Assembly (NCBI GenBank): GCA_051881195.1
Contig: JBJEPK010000010.1
Coordinates: 1,389-65,388, forward strand
Source of the DNA: Eubacterium sp.
GTDB taxonomy: Bacteria > Bacillota > Clostridia > Oscillospirales > Acutalibacteraceae
Direction of reading: 5' to 3'
Length of the DNA: 64,000 bases
This document shows, in pieces, positions 10,770 to 20,538 of the stretch. Made by a program: the position numbers and the translations under genes. The stretch's first letter is position 1; each line of letters opens with the position of its first letter. A model generated the notes under the pieces. That model was not told the origin of the DNA and did not search any database. It saw only the letters and a program-made list of their open reading frames with translations.

Positions 10770-11876
10770 GTGAACAATCAACATAACAACCCTAAAGGAT
10801 ACTACCCACCAAATCAGGGCTACTATCCACCCAACCAATACTATCAAACAACACAATACGGACAGCCAATCTACCATCCACCGTATTATGACCAACAACA
10901 ATACATGATGCAGCAGGAGATTATCCGCAAACGCAATCAGCAGAAGAGTGAACTACGCAAAATAGGTGTTGGCATAGGTGCAGCACTTATGCTATACCTG
11001 ATAATCCAGACTGTGTCAGGCTCGATACTTAATGCTCTGGGCCTTAGCGAGCTTTACACCACCAGCTCTGTGTTCCAAAGTTGCTTTAGCGTTTTCGCAG
11101 AGGTGCTGGGCGTTGCTGCACCATTTGGCATCATGGCACTGATTTTTAAGAAAAAATATAACTATCCGGTTGTTCCTACTGCCAAGCTTAGCAAAGCCGA
11201 TGCTGCTGCATGGATTGGCGTAGGTATGACTGTGTGTATTGGAGCAAACTACATTGCCGGAATAGTGGAGATGATGTTCAAATCTATCGGAAAAAGCGCT
11301 TCAGGTCCCAAAGGACTTGACCCGGACAGCCTGTTGGCGTGTATTATTGAATGGGTTGCCATCGCAATCATTCCACCGATTTGTGAAGAATTTGCCATGA
11401 GATGCTGCACAATGAGTCTGCTGCGAAAATACGGCAAAGGCTTTGCTGTACTGGCTGTCAGCCTAATATTTGGCATTATGCACGGCAACATACTACAGTT
11501 TGTATTTGCATTTATTGTAGGTCTTATCCTTGCATACGTTACCATACGTACCGACTCCATACTGCCGGCTATGTTAATCCACGGATTCAATAACGGCAGA
11601 TCCACCCTAAACAACACGGTTCAGTATCTAACTAACGAAAAGACTGCTGAAGCAGTAACACTGGTAATGACTGTTTTGTGGATTGTGGCAGGTGTTGTAG
11701 GCATCGTATATCTTGCTACAAAAAAGAAGCTGGCACCACCAAAAGCAGAGCCTGATACTGACCCTGCACAACTAACTATGGGTACAAAATTATCTTGTTT
11801 GATACCCGGTACGGCTGTACCCACCATCATACTGATACTACTGGCAATATACACTCTTGCCACCAGTCAAGCATAA
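10770..11876 (+). CDS. CPBP/CAAX-family (Abi) intramembrane metalloprotease
   Basis: PICEEFAMR (EExxxR), FGIMH and HGFNN motifs; Q/Y/P-rich N-terminus; GTG start with GAGG RBS. Confidence 0.88.
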   Translation: MNNQHNNPKGYYPPNQGYYPPNQYYQTTQYGQPIYHPPYYDQQQYMMQQEIIRKRNQQKSELRKIGVGIGAALMLYLIIQTVSGSILNALGLSELYTTSSVFQSCFSVFAEVLGVAAPFGIMALIFKKKYNYPVVPTAKLSKADAAAWIGVGMTVCIGANYIAGIVEMMFKSIGKSASGPKGLDPDSLLACIIEWVAIAIIPPICEEFAMRCCTMSLLRKYGKGFAVLAVSLIFGIMHGNILQFVFAFIVGLILAYVTIRTDSILPAMLIHGFNNGRSTLNNTVQYLTNEKTAEAVTLVMTVLWIVAGVVGIVYLATKKKLAPPKAEPDTDPAQLTMGTKLSCLIPGTAVPTIILILLAIYTLATSQA

Positions 11877-11878
11877 TT

Positions 11879-12334
11879 ATGGACAACGAATATATGAAAG
11901 TCGCCCTCGAATTAGCCATAGAGGCTGCCAACGAGGGTGAGGTGCCTGTGGGCGCAGTAATAGTAAAAGACGGCGAAATAATAGCCACAGGCCGTAATAG
12001 ACGGGAGACCGGTAATAATGCACTCTACCACGCAGAAATTGAGGCGATAGACAATGCCTGCAAGGTAGTTGGCGGATGGCGGCTGAACGAATGTGACCTA
12101 TATGTAACCATGGAACCGTGTCCAATGTGTGCAGGAGCAATTATCAACGCACGCATAAAGAGAGTATATTACGGCGCCTACGACCAAAAGGCAGGCTCAT
12201 TCGGCACTATTGCTGACTTTAACCACATCCCATACAACCATAAGCCGGAGATATATGCAGGTATTATGGAGGAAGAATGTGTTAAAATAGTAAAGGATTT
12301 TTTTAAGTCCCTGCGAGATAAATCAAAATCTTGA
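11879..12334 (+). CDS. tadA: tRNA adenosine(34) deaminase
   Basis: EVPVGAV, HAE and EPCPMCAGAI motifs; start set to ATG 11879. Confidence 0.92.
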   Translation: MDNEYMKVALELAIEAANEGEVPVGAVIVKDGEIIATGRNRRETGNNALYHAEIEAIDNACKVVGGWRLNECDLYVTMEPCPMCAGAIINARIKRVYYGAYDQKAGSFGTIADFNHIPYNHKPEIYAGIMEEECVKIVKDFFKSLRDKSKS

Positions 12335-12374
12335 CACAAGGTACAATATGATATAGAATATCATCGACTAATTC

Positions 12375-12593
12375 ATGGAGGACAAAATTATGGAAATAAC
12401 AAAACAAACTACTATGGGCGATATGCTGGAGTACGATAGAGGAATTGGAGTTGTACTGATGGAGTCAGGCATGCACTGTGTTGGCTGCCCTGCATCAATC
12501 AACGAATCACTGGAGGAGGCTTGTGCGGTACACGGTCTTGACAGTGACACTGTACTAAAGTCAATTCTGGACTATCTTGATTCAAAAAAGTAA
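12375..12593 (+). CDS. DUF1858-like small protein
   Basis: GMHCVGCP..ESLEEACAVHG signature; start may be at 12390 instead. Confidence 0.85.
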   Translation: MEDKIMEITKQTTMGDMLEYDRGIGVVLMESGMHCVGCPASINESLEEACAVHGLDSDTVLKSILDYLDSKK

Positions 12594-12689
12594 TCAGCAA
12601 ACGGATGCCCCGGGCATCATATAAATAATAAAATCCCCCACCGGATTCTGTGACTGATATGCCACAGCAAATCGGGTGGGGATTATTTT

Positions 12690-13220
12690 TTAGTCCAAAT
12701 GCAGAACAACCTTGTTTTGCTTTATGCTCTCTTTTATATCAATTACCCTTTGATTCTCGGAGCCACGGAACTTGAGGGTGATATTGTGTAACCGGTCCAC
12801 ATACGGTCCGTCAACCAATACGTCTATCAGCGACAACATCTCCTTGGATATATCGGTGCAGGCTCTGGATTCCTTACCGCTGCAACCGATAATCTCCTCC
12901 AAAGTAAATCCTGTGTAGCACCACACATCCTTGTCAGGAAAACGCTCCTTAAACATAATCAAAAACGGCAGGAGCACCTTTTGGTTTTCAGGCTCAAAGG
13001 GCTCGCCGCCCAAAAGAGATAGGCCATTAACCCAATAGTGGTCAACTGACTCAAAAATCTGCTCCATCGTCTCCTCGGTAAACAGATTGCCATATCCAAA
13101 ATCCCAGGTGACCTCATTAAAGCAGTTCTTGCAATGATGACGACAACCGGATACAAACAGCGATGTACGAACACCCTCGCCGTTGGCTATATCATTTGTC
13201 TTAATCTCGGACCAGTTCAT
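12690..13220 (-). CDS. nrdG: Anaerobic ribonucleotide reductase activating radical SAM protein
   Basis: NGEGVRTSLFVSGC..HC..CFN, LLGGEP and FRGSENQR motifs. Confidence 0.96.
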   Translation of the reverse strand: MNWSEIKTNDIANGEGVRTSLFVSGCRHHCKNCFNEVTWDFGYGNLFTEETMEQIFESVDHYWVNGLSLLGGEPFEPENQKVLLPFLIMFKERFPDKDVWCYTGFTLEEIIGCSGKESRACTDISKEMLSLIDVLVDGPYVDRLHNITLKFRGSENQRVIDIKESIKQNKVVLHLD

Positions 13221-13293
13221 AATATCCTCCTATGACATTATGTATCTTTTGTTTATTATATCACAATTTTTTTTACATTACAATTCCCAGTTT

Positions 13294-14748
13294 TTACTTG
13301 GTTACAACCGATTTGACAGCGGACCAAGAAGAATAATAGTTTTTGTCTCCCACCGTCTTATATGTACGGACACGGACATAATATCTCTTTTTATGCTTTA
13401 GATTTTTAACTGTCCTTGACAAAGTTGATGTACCCTTTATTGTCACCGTATGCGGCGAAGAAAAACTACTACCCGTACTGTACTGCAGCTGATACCCTGT
13501 AGTCTGGGCAGTCCGTTTGTACCACTTGGCAGTAAATCTGCCGCTACCGGCAGAAATACCGGACAACGACGTACTGCGTGGTAATACAGTAATAGTCCTG
13601 CTACCGGATACAGAGGCATAGTTTGGATTGGATATACTGTAGTACACAGTAGTTTTGCCCACCGATGTGCGTGACACCTTTTTTGCAGAATAGGAGGTGG
13701 AGGAGGTTCTGTACTTTATTGTAGAGCCTGACTTAATCCCCTTTATTGATATATAATGTGGCTTGCCGTCATATACGCACTTTACACTCGATACCGTGGG
13801 GGTATAAGTGGCTTTCTTGATGATAAAGGACTTGGTTACACTACCGGTAAAATCGTTGATACCGGTAATCTCAACATGGGCCGTACCGGCATTAATATTG
13901 TCGGTATAATATAAGGTATAATCTGTTCCCCGGGTCAATAATTTATTGTCAAATTTTACAGTAACAGCCGGATTTCTTGCTGTACCGGTATAGGTTGACG
14001 ACGCCACAGTGATAGTAGCTTTGGCTATATCCCTGGGTTGCGGCTGTGCTGTCAACACACTATCTCCGGTAGAATAATCAATACTAACACCCTGCTGAAC
14101 ATTGTAGACAAAAACACAAAATTTTATGCTCTCGCCCAGGTCATCAACGGACTCAGCCTCCATTATCACACCGGAAGCCAGTAGGTTTTCGCCAAGGAAT
14201 ACGGGTGTAACACGGTATAACACATTGTTTTCTTCATCACTGCGAATATACTCTGCCACCTGATTCTCAAAAGGCAGCATACCCACAGTATTAAAGCTGC
14301 GAGTACCGGTCATAAGATTGTTTTTGTTTGCATTTTCGCCGGTTAATTGCCAACCGATTAGATGACTGCGATTGTAGAGATAACCACCACTAACTATGTC
14401 ATACTTCTTTTGGACCCAGCCGGTGGGATATACCGAACTGATACTGCCACGCTCCTCGGTAGGCATCAGCGTTTGGTCAATATTGGCAATACACTGTGTT
14501 ACTCTACCCTTGTCATCAAGTTCGCCGTATTCCTCATATATATCCTGAGTCAACTGCGAAGAGGTAAACATAGGCTCGCCGTCATTGATTATCTCATAGC
14601 TATCGCCGTCGTAGGCAGGTATATTGTAGCCATTGTAGCAAAATCCATCAATACCCTCATCATACTGAGCTGCGTATGTCGGCATTGCTACACTCACACT
14701 GACCACCAGTATAATGGCAGCCATTTTTGCAGCCAATATATTTTTCAT
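13294..14748 (-). CDS. Secreted DNA/RNA non-specific (His-Me) endonuclease with C-terminal beta-repeat/fibronectin-III-like domains
   Basis: Signal peptide; YGELDDKGR, NRSHLIG..LTGENAN..NLMTGTR..N and YRVTPVF motifs; C-terminal YYVRVRTYK..YSSWS FN3-like module. Confidence 0.85.
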   Translation of the reverse strand: MKNILAAKMAAIILVVSVSVAMPTYAAQYDEGIDGFCYNGYNIPAYDGDSYEIINDGEPMFTSSQLTQDIYEEYGELDDKGRVTQCIANIDQTLMPTEERGSISSVYPTGWVQKKYDIVSGGYLYNRSHLIGWQLTGENANKNNLMTGTRSFNTVGMLPFENQVAEYIRSDEENNVLYRVTPVFLGENLLASGVIMEAESVDDLGESIKFCVFVYNVQQGVSIDYSTGDSVLTAQPQPRDIAKATITVASSTYTGTARNPAVTVKFDNKLLTRGTDYTLYYTDNINAGTAHVEITGINDFTGSVTKSFIIKKATYTPTVSSVKCVYDGKPHYISIKGIKSGSTIKYRTSSTSYSAKKVSRTSVGKTTVYYSISNPNYASVSGSRTITVLPRSTSLSGISAGSGRFTAKWYKRTAQTTGYQLQYSTGSSFSSPHTVTIKGTSTLSRTVKNLKHKKRYYVRVRTYKTVGDKNYYSSWSAVKSVVTK

Positions 14749-14764
14749 TTAATCATCCTAGCAC

Positions 14765-14796
14765 AAAGGTCACTACCATATAGCAGTGACCTTTTT
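14765..14796. terminator. Hairpin after nrdD
   Basis: AAAGGTCACT...AGTGACCTTT inverted repeat. Confidence 0.6.
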
Positions 14797-14800
14797 AATA

Positions 14801-16999
14801 TTATAGATGGAGAACTCTCTCCTTGATTTCCTGTGTTCTGCCCTGATTCCAGAACTGAGTACCAATGTAACCACAGGTACGACGGGCAACATTCATCTTG
14901 TCCTGGTCCTCGTTGCCACAGTGTGGGCAACGCCATACCAACTTGCCGTCGCCGTTCTCTACGATACTAATCTCGCCATCATAACCACAAACCTGGCAAT
15001 AGTCGCTCTTTGTGTTAAGCTCAGCGTACATAATATTGTCGTAGATAAATCTCATTACCTGAAGTACTGCAGGGATATTATCCTGCATATTAGGCACCTC
15101 AACATAGGAGATAGCGCCACCCGGAGACAGCTTTTGGAACTCGCTCTCAAACTTAAGCTTTGAGAACGCATCAATTTCCTCAGCAACATGTACATGGTAG
15201 GAGTTGGTGATATAATTTCTGTCTGTTACGCCCGGAATTATGCCAAATCTCTTTTGCAGGCACTTTGCAAACTTATATGTTGTGGACTCCAATGGTGTGC
15301 CATACAGAGAAAAGTCCACATTGTGCAATGCCTTCCAGCCTGCGCAAGCATCATTCATGTGCTGCATAACCTCCAGGGCAAACTCCTTGCCACCCTCCTC
15401 GGTATGGGACTTGCCTGTCATATACTTTGTGCACTCATAAAGACCTGCGTAGCCCAAAGAAATGGTTGAATAACCGTCATAAAGAAGTCTGTCAATCTTT
15501 TCGCCCTTCTTGAGTCTGGCAAGTGCGCCGTGCTGCCAAAGAATGGGAGCGGCATCGCTGAGTGTACCCTTAAGTCTGTTATGACGGCACATAAGCGCAC
15601 GATAACAAAGGTCAAGCCTCTCGTCAAAAATCTTCCAGAACTTATCCATCTCGCCACCGGATGAGCAAGCTACATCAACAAGGTTGATGGTAACAACGCC
15701 CTGATTGAAGCGACCATAGTACTTGCGCTTGCCTTCCTCATAATTCTTGGCATGGGCGATATTGCCGATACCCTGCTGAGTAAATCTGTCAGGAGTAAGG
15801 AATGAACGGCAACCCATACAGGTGTACACATCTCCCTTGAGCTCCATCATAACCTTTTCACTGATATAATCCGGTACCATACGCTTTGCTGTACACTTGG
15901 CTGCAAGCTCGGTAAGGTAATAATAAGGACTGTCAGGCTCAATATTGTCTTCCTCAAGAACATAGATGAGTTTGGGGAATGCAGGGGTAATCCATACGCC
16001 CTCCTCATTCTTTACGCCCTTGATTCTTTGGGTCAATGTCTCTTCGATAATGAGAGCCAAATCCTTTTTCTCCTGCTCGGTCTTAGCCTCATTAAGGTAC
16101 ATAAATACAGTAACGAACGGTGCCTGTCCGTTGGTTGTGAGAAGTGTTACTACCTGGTACTGAATAGTCTGTACACCACGGGCAACCTCGTCACGCAGAC
16201 GCTTCTCTGCCAAGGCATCAATCTGCTGGTCATTCATAGAATAGCCGAATTCCCGGGACTCTTCGATAACCTGCTTCTTAATTTTCTCTCTGCTAACCTG
16301 AACAAATGGAGCAAGATGAGTAAGAGAGATGGACTGACCACCATACTGGCTGGATGCAACCTGAGCAATAATCTGTGTTGCTATATTGCAGGCAGTTGAA
16401 AATGAATGTGGCTTTTCAATCATAGTTTCGCTGATAACAGTACCATTTTGGAGCATATCCTCAAGGTTAACCAGGTCACAGTTGTGCATGTGCTGTGCAA
16501 AATAGTCCGCATCATGAAAATGGATGAGACCCTGCTCATGTGCCTCTACAATATCCTGCGGCAGGAGAATACGCTTTGTGATGTCCTTTGATACCTCGCC
16601 TGCCATATAGTCACGCTGCACGGAGTTAACAGTAGGATTCTTGTTACTGTTCTCTTGCTTAACCTCCTCGTTATTGCACTCAATAAGAGAAAGAATTTGG
16701 TTATCAGTAGTATTTGCCTTACGAATAAGAGAACGAGTGTAGCGGTATCTAACATAACGCTTGGCAACCTCAAAAGCGCCCTGGGCCATAATCTGGTCCT
16801 CGACAATATCCTGGATTTCTTCTACCGATAATGCTCTGTTTGCCTTGCTAATCTTGAACTCAACAAACTCGGCAATGTCGTTGATTTGGCTTTGAGTAAG
16901 TTCTTCCTTTTCGCATGCTTGATTTGCTTTGGCTACAGCGATTATGATTTTGTTTAAATCAAAATCTACCTCGGAGCCATTTCTCTTGATAATCTTCAT
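14801..16999 (-). CDS. nrdD: Anaerobic (class III) ribonucleoside-triphosphate reductase
   Basis: N-terminal ATP cone (MKIIKRNG), MGCRSFL, CxxC/CxxC Zn site and C-terminal RRTCGYI glycyl-radical motif. Confidence 0.97.
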   Translation of the reverse strand: MKIIKRNGSEVDFDLNKIIIAVAKANQACEKEELTQSQINDIAEFVEFKISKANRALSVEEIQDIVEDQIMAQGAFEVAKRYVRYRYTRSLIRKANTTDNQILSLIECNNEEVKQENSNKNPTVNSVQRDYMAGEVSKDITKRILLPQDIVEAHEQGLIHFHDADYFAQHMHNCDLVNLEDMLQNGTVISETMIEKPHSFSTACNIATQIIAQVASSQYGGQSISLTHLAPFVQVSREKIKKQVIEESREFGYSMNDQQIDALAEKRLRDEVARGVQTIQYQVVTLLTTNGQAPFVTVFMYLNEAKTEQEKKDLALIIEETLTQRIKGVKNEEGVWITPAFPKLIYVLEEDNIEPDSPYYYLTELAAKCTAKRMVPDYISEKVMMELKGDVYTCMGCRSFLTPDRFTQQGIGNIAHAKNYEEGKRKYYGRFNQGVVTINLVDVACSSGGEMDKFWKIFDERLDLCYRALMCRHNRLKGTLSDAAPILWQHGALARLKKGEKIDRLLYDGYSTISLGYAGLYECTKYMTGKSHTEEGGKEFALEVMQHMNDACAGWKALHNVDFSLYGTPLESTTYKFAKCLQKRFGIIPGVTDRNYITNSYHVHVAEEIDAFSKLKFESEFQKLSPGGAISYVEVPNMQDNIPAVLQVMRFIYDNIMYAELNTKSDYCQVCGYDGEISIVENGDGKLVWRCPHCGNEDQDKMNVARRTCGYIGTQFWNQGRTQEIKERVLHL

Positions 17000-17118
17000 T
17001 TCTCTTCCCCTTTTTCTATTAATCAAAACAAAATGTTACAAAGTTGTAATAACTTTTATCGAAACCTTTTACATAATATCAAATGCTACGGTAGTTGTCA
17101 ATAGATTTTGGGCAAAAA

Positions 17119-17175
17119 ATACAATATATTGTGCCTAATTTTCAAATTGTAATGTTTTAATACGAAATGTAGTAT
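17119..17175. promoter_or_regulatory. Tandem NrdR boxes upstream of nrdD
   Basis: taCAATATATTGtg (core 17122-17131) and a weaker site (core 17163-17172, reading taCTACATTTCGta on the minus strand); 41-bp spacing matches the established NrdR consensus and phasing. Confidence 0.72.
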
Positions 17176-17251
17176 TAGCAAAAACAGTAAAACATAGCAA
17201 TAATGCAGTTTTTTGCGACTTTAATATATAAATATATTACAAATTGTAAAT

Positions 17252-17285
17252 AAAAAGCCTACGACATAATCGTAGGCTAAAAAAT
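17252..17285 (-). terminator. Intrinsic terminator of the G5/3D-domain gene
   Basis: AGCCTACGA/TCGTAGGCT stem followed by a T-tract on the minus strand. Confidence 0.7.
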
Positions 17286-17304
17286 AATATTAAGTTATTT
17301 CTAA

Positions 17305-18537
17305 TTACCATCCCAAACGCACTATGGTAATAGTACAAGAACCGGTACCGTATCTGTAACATGCACTGTGTCCCTCAGGAGTGAATATATCAATATATCC
17401 TCTTTTTGATAGACGGCTGCCGCCACGGTCAACCACAGTATAGTTGTGACCGTTCACTCTAAGCACACTGCCTAGAGGTAACCAGTTGCAGGCAATATAA
17501 TATGGGTTGGACATACCGTTGCGAATACGTTTGCCGGATGAGGTAATACCTCTTGAATTGCCGTTACATGTAGCACAAGCGCAGTAGTGAGTATATCTGC
17601 CGCTAATCTTTTGGCCCACTGTGAGGCCATTGCGTGACTTTACGCCATTTGGCTTTACGGACTGGGTACCCTCAATCTTCTTTGTGCCAACCTTAACTAC
17701 CTTTTGTACAGGCTCGGTCAGTACAACAGCACTCTGCTGGGTACGTTCCTTTTCCTTACCGTTAACATACTTTACTTTGTAGGTTACTTCCTTACTACCA
17801 TCCACGCCCTGAGTAATCACCTTTGTCTTGCCCCGGGTCATGGTATTGTCGTTAATCTTTTTTGTTGAAAAAGGAACAGCCTCAGTAGCCTTAAGCTCCT
17901 TGTACTCAACGCGATAAACCTTAACCTTCATATCCTTCTCCAGAGGAGTGTCAATAGAAGGCTTGGTGTAATCATTAGCACCCAGCTCAATTCCTGCCAA
18001 AGCAAGGAGGTCGCCTACGGTGCCCTCAACGATAGCCAGCTTTGTTATGCTGCCATCTACATATAATGATACGGAAAATGCAGTCTTGATACCGATTACC
18101 ATACCATCCTTTACCGGTGCGGACTGGTCATAAGTCAGTTTGTCACCGGAGTGGATTGTGATTCCACACTCCTTTAACGCCTGGCCAACAGTGTCGGCGT
18201 AAACATCAAAGTCCTGGATGCTGCCGTCAACCTCTACATTGATGGTGTTGCATCTGTCAATTGCGATTGTGCCGCCCTTACCCTGCCGGAATGCAGAAAT
18301 ATCAATCTTGTCATCAGAATCCAGGGTTACGCCTGCAGCATTGAGAATTTCGATAGGTTCCGTCTCATTAGTGGTTACTGTGATGCTCTCACCATTGTCG
18401 GCAATAACAACATCGTAGTTACTGAATACATCAGCAAGTGCGGGAGTTGCAAATGTTGCCACAATAAGAACAAGCGCAATAACCGTTGTCAGGATAGATC
18501 TTAATGATCGTTTACCTGCTATTGATTGGTTAGTCAT
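17305..18537 (-). CDS. YabE/RpfB-like cell-wall protein (DUF348 repeats + G5 + 3D-like domain)
   Basis: Signal peptide; three ubiquitin-like DUF348-type repeats (TVGQAL, TVGDLL); G5 (GVDGSKEVTY..EPVQKVVKVGT); C-terminal VVDRGG..IDIF. Confidence 0.85.
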   Translation of the reverse strand: MTNQSIAGKRSLRSILTTVIALVLIVATFATPALADVFSNYDVVIADNGESITVTTNETEPIEILNAAGVTLDSDDKIDISAFRQGKGGTIAIDRCNTINVEVDGSIQDFDVYADTVGQALKECGITIHSGDKLTYDQSAPVKDGMVIGIKTAFSVSLYVDGSITKLAIVEGTVGDLLALAGIELGANDYTKPSIDTPLEKDMKVKVYRVEYKELKATEAVPFSTKKINDNTMTRGKTKVITQGVDGSKEVTYKVKYVNGKEKERTQQSAVVLTEPVQKVVKVGTKKIEGTQSVKPNGVKSRNGLTVGQKISGRYTHYCACATCNGNSRGITSSGKRIRNGMSNPYYIACNWLPLGSVLRVNGHNYTVVDRGGSRLSKRGYIDIFTPEGHSACYRYGTGSCTITIVRLGW

Positions 18538-18621
18538 CTTAGTCTCCTTTTCTCTTTGACAATAAGATTTTATTTGGTAGCCACAATGGTTCCATATCTA
18601 TATTGCCTCAAAGCGTGGCCT

Positions 18622-18649
18622 ATTATAGCACAACTGCATAAGTTGTCAA
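18622..18649 (-). promoter_or_regulatory. sigmaA-type promoter of the YabE-like gene
   Basis: TTGACA-N16-TATAAT with extended -10 TG. Confidence 0.75.
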
Positions 18650-19077
18650 TTTTTCAAGCAGTGAGAATTTGTGTACATTGCACAAATTTTTATTTTTGGA
18701 TATGGCTATTTCACCTATCACATCCCAAATGTTGTGGTTTTTGATTTTAACGATTTAGTGTGTTAAATTGAAATTTTGTTAAAAACTAAAAAAAGACCGG
18801 TAACAATATTTACGATTTGTAACCTTTTTAGAAAAAATATTACAAAACTACTACATATAGTTTGACATCCCATATATTTCCGAATCAGCTTCTATATATA
18901 GATTTCGCAAAATATTTTTGTTAAAAATATGTCATATATTAAATTTTAATTTATATATTATCTATATTAATTACATTCTATTATACAAAATGATAATATA
19001 TCAATTTTTTTAAATTTTTTGTTTAAAAACAGAGTGATATGTGGTATATTAATATAAATCTTTTTTGAGGTAGAAAA

Positions 19078-19752
19078 ATGGAATATAAAATAAAAAAACA
19101 TCCAACAAAAGAAATACCCAAGGTACAATTCATTTTTTGGATTGTGGTTAGAATCTGTATGATAGGCTGTGCCACCTACTCATTTGTTCGTGGCGATATA
19201 GTTATGGGTTGGGAAAGTGTAGCGTGCTTCATTTTTACTCACCTATGGGATTGCTTTCAGGTATTCGGTGGCGAAAGCTTTATTATTGAAGTGCCGCCCC
19301 TTAGCCAAACACTGCTCAATATAATCATCCTGTTTGGTATTGTATTCGGCTCATATATGGAGTTATTTGACAAGATTTGGTGGTTTGACAACGCAATGCA
19401 CATTTTGTCAGGATTTGTGTCCGCTGCATTTGCCTATGACTTCGCAGTAATCCTGCAAAGAAAAAAAGGGCCATGCTCCATTATTCTTGCTTCCATATTT
19501 GGACTTATGTTCGCTATAACTATCGCTGCCGGATGGGAATTTTACGAATTTCTTATGGACACCCTCCACGGCACAAATCTACAGTTATCCAAAGCAGGTC
19601 CTGAGACAGCAATGTTCGATATGACCAAATATAACAACGAATATGGATACCTGGGACTTGTGGATACCATGACCGATATGATGATGAACACCTGTGGCGG
19701 CATAGTGGGTATGATATTTATGATTATCCTACGCAAAAGGAGCAGCAAATAA
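19078..19752 (+). CDS. Membrane protein (DUF2238/YjdF-like)
   Basis: WWFDNAMH, WEFYEF and DTMTDM motifs; about 5 TM helices. Confidence 0.7.
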   Translation: MEYKIKKHPTKEIPKVQFIFWIVVRICMIGCATYSFVRGDIVMGWESVACFIFTHLWDCFQVFGGESFIIEVPPLSQTLLNIIILFGIVFGSYMELFDKIWWFDNAMHILSGFVSAAFAYDFAVILQRKKGPCSIILASIFGLMFAITIAAGWEFYEFLMDTLHGTNLQLSKAGPETAMFDMTKYNNEYGYLGLVDTMTDMMMNTCGGIVGMIFMIILRKRSSK

Positions 19753-20519
19753 TGTCCCTGCTAATATGCCCAAAGTGCGGCAAAACACTGGAACAACAAA
19801 ACAACACTATGCGATGCCCTAACAATCACTGCTATGATATGGCGAAGGAGGGCTATGTCAATCTGTTGCTCACCACAAAGAATGGTGACAAAATCGGTGA
19901 CAGCAAGGAGAGCGCTCGTGCAAGACATGGAATACTGGCTAAGGACTACTACAAATGCCTAAAAGACGCCATTACCAAAAAAATGCGTGGCACGGTACTG
20001 GATATTTGCTGTGGCGAAGGGTACTACGACCGGTATGACGGATTGCTATACGGCTTTGACATCAGCAAAGAAATGATACGTCTTGCCTCCAAGAGTCACA
20101 GCGACAATCATTATTTTGTGGCAAACCTTTCCAATATACCAATAAGGGACAATTCCATTGATACAGCCATACACCTGTTTGCGCCGTTCAACGATAAGGA
20201 GTTCGCCAGAGTGCTAAAAAGAGATAGCACCTTGTATTCCGTAATTCCGGGCGAAAATCATCTGTATGAGATGAAAGAAATACTATACGACACTCCGTAC
20301 AAAAATGACGAACAGGCACCTGACAGCGCCCACCTAATACTAACAAACAGGGAGCGAATAAAGGATACTGTAAGCATTACCGGCGACGACCTAAAACAGC
20401 TATTCAGTATGACGCCGTACTACTATCGTACCGGAGAAGCTGCAAAACATCGACTGGATGATGTGGACACTATTCAACTGACCGTTGATTTTGTAATACT
20501 GACATACAAAAAGCCTTGA
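19752..20519 (+). CDS. RlmA-like rRNA m1G methyltransferase
   Basis: N-terminal CPKC..C..NH..D.AKEGYVNLL, LDICCGEGYY and MTPYY motifs. Confidence 0.85.
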   Translation: MSLLICPKCGKTLEQQNNTMRCPNNHCYDMAKEGYVNLLLTTKNGDKIGDSKESARARHGILAKDYYKCLKDAITKKMRGTVLDICCGEGYYDRYDGLLYGFDISKEMIRLASKSHSDNHYFVANLSNIPIRDNSIDTAIHLFAPFNDKEFARVLKRDSTLYSVIPGENHLYEMKEILYDTPYKNDEQAPDSAHLILTNRERIKDTVSITGDDLKQLFSMTPYYYRTGEAAKHRLDDVDTIQLTVDFVILTYKKP

Positions 20520-20536
20520 GACAAGCTCAAGGCTTT
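20510..20536. terminator. Bidirectional terminator between convergent genes
   Basis: AAAGCCTTGAG/CTCAAGGCTTT inverted repeat. Confidence 0.7.
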
Positions 20537-20538
20537 AT

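Noticed and set aside
11879-12690. tRNA or SRP RNA near tadA
   Set aside because: Only simple terminator-like hairpins at about 12604-12690; no cloverleaf or SRP motif seen.
14801-16999. Intein or intron in nrdD
   Set aside because: Normal length with a continuous ORF and no splicing motifs.
18540-18620. c-di-AMP (ydaO) riboswitch, often found upstream of Rpf/YabE-like genes
   Set aside because: The leader is only ~80 nt and I could not find the conserved motifs.
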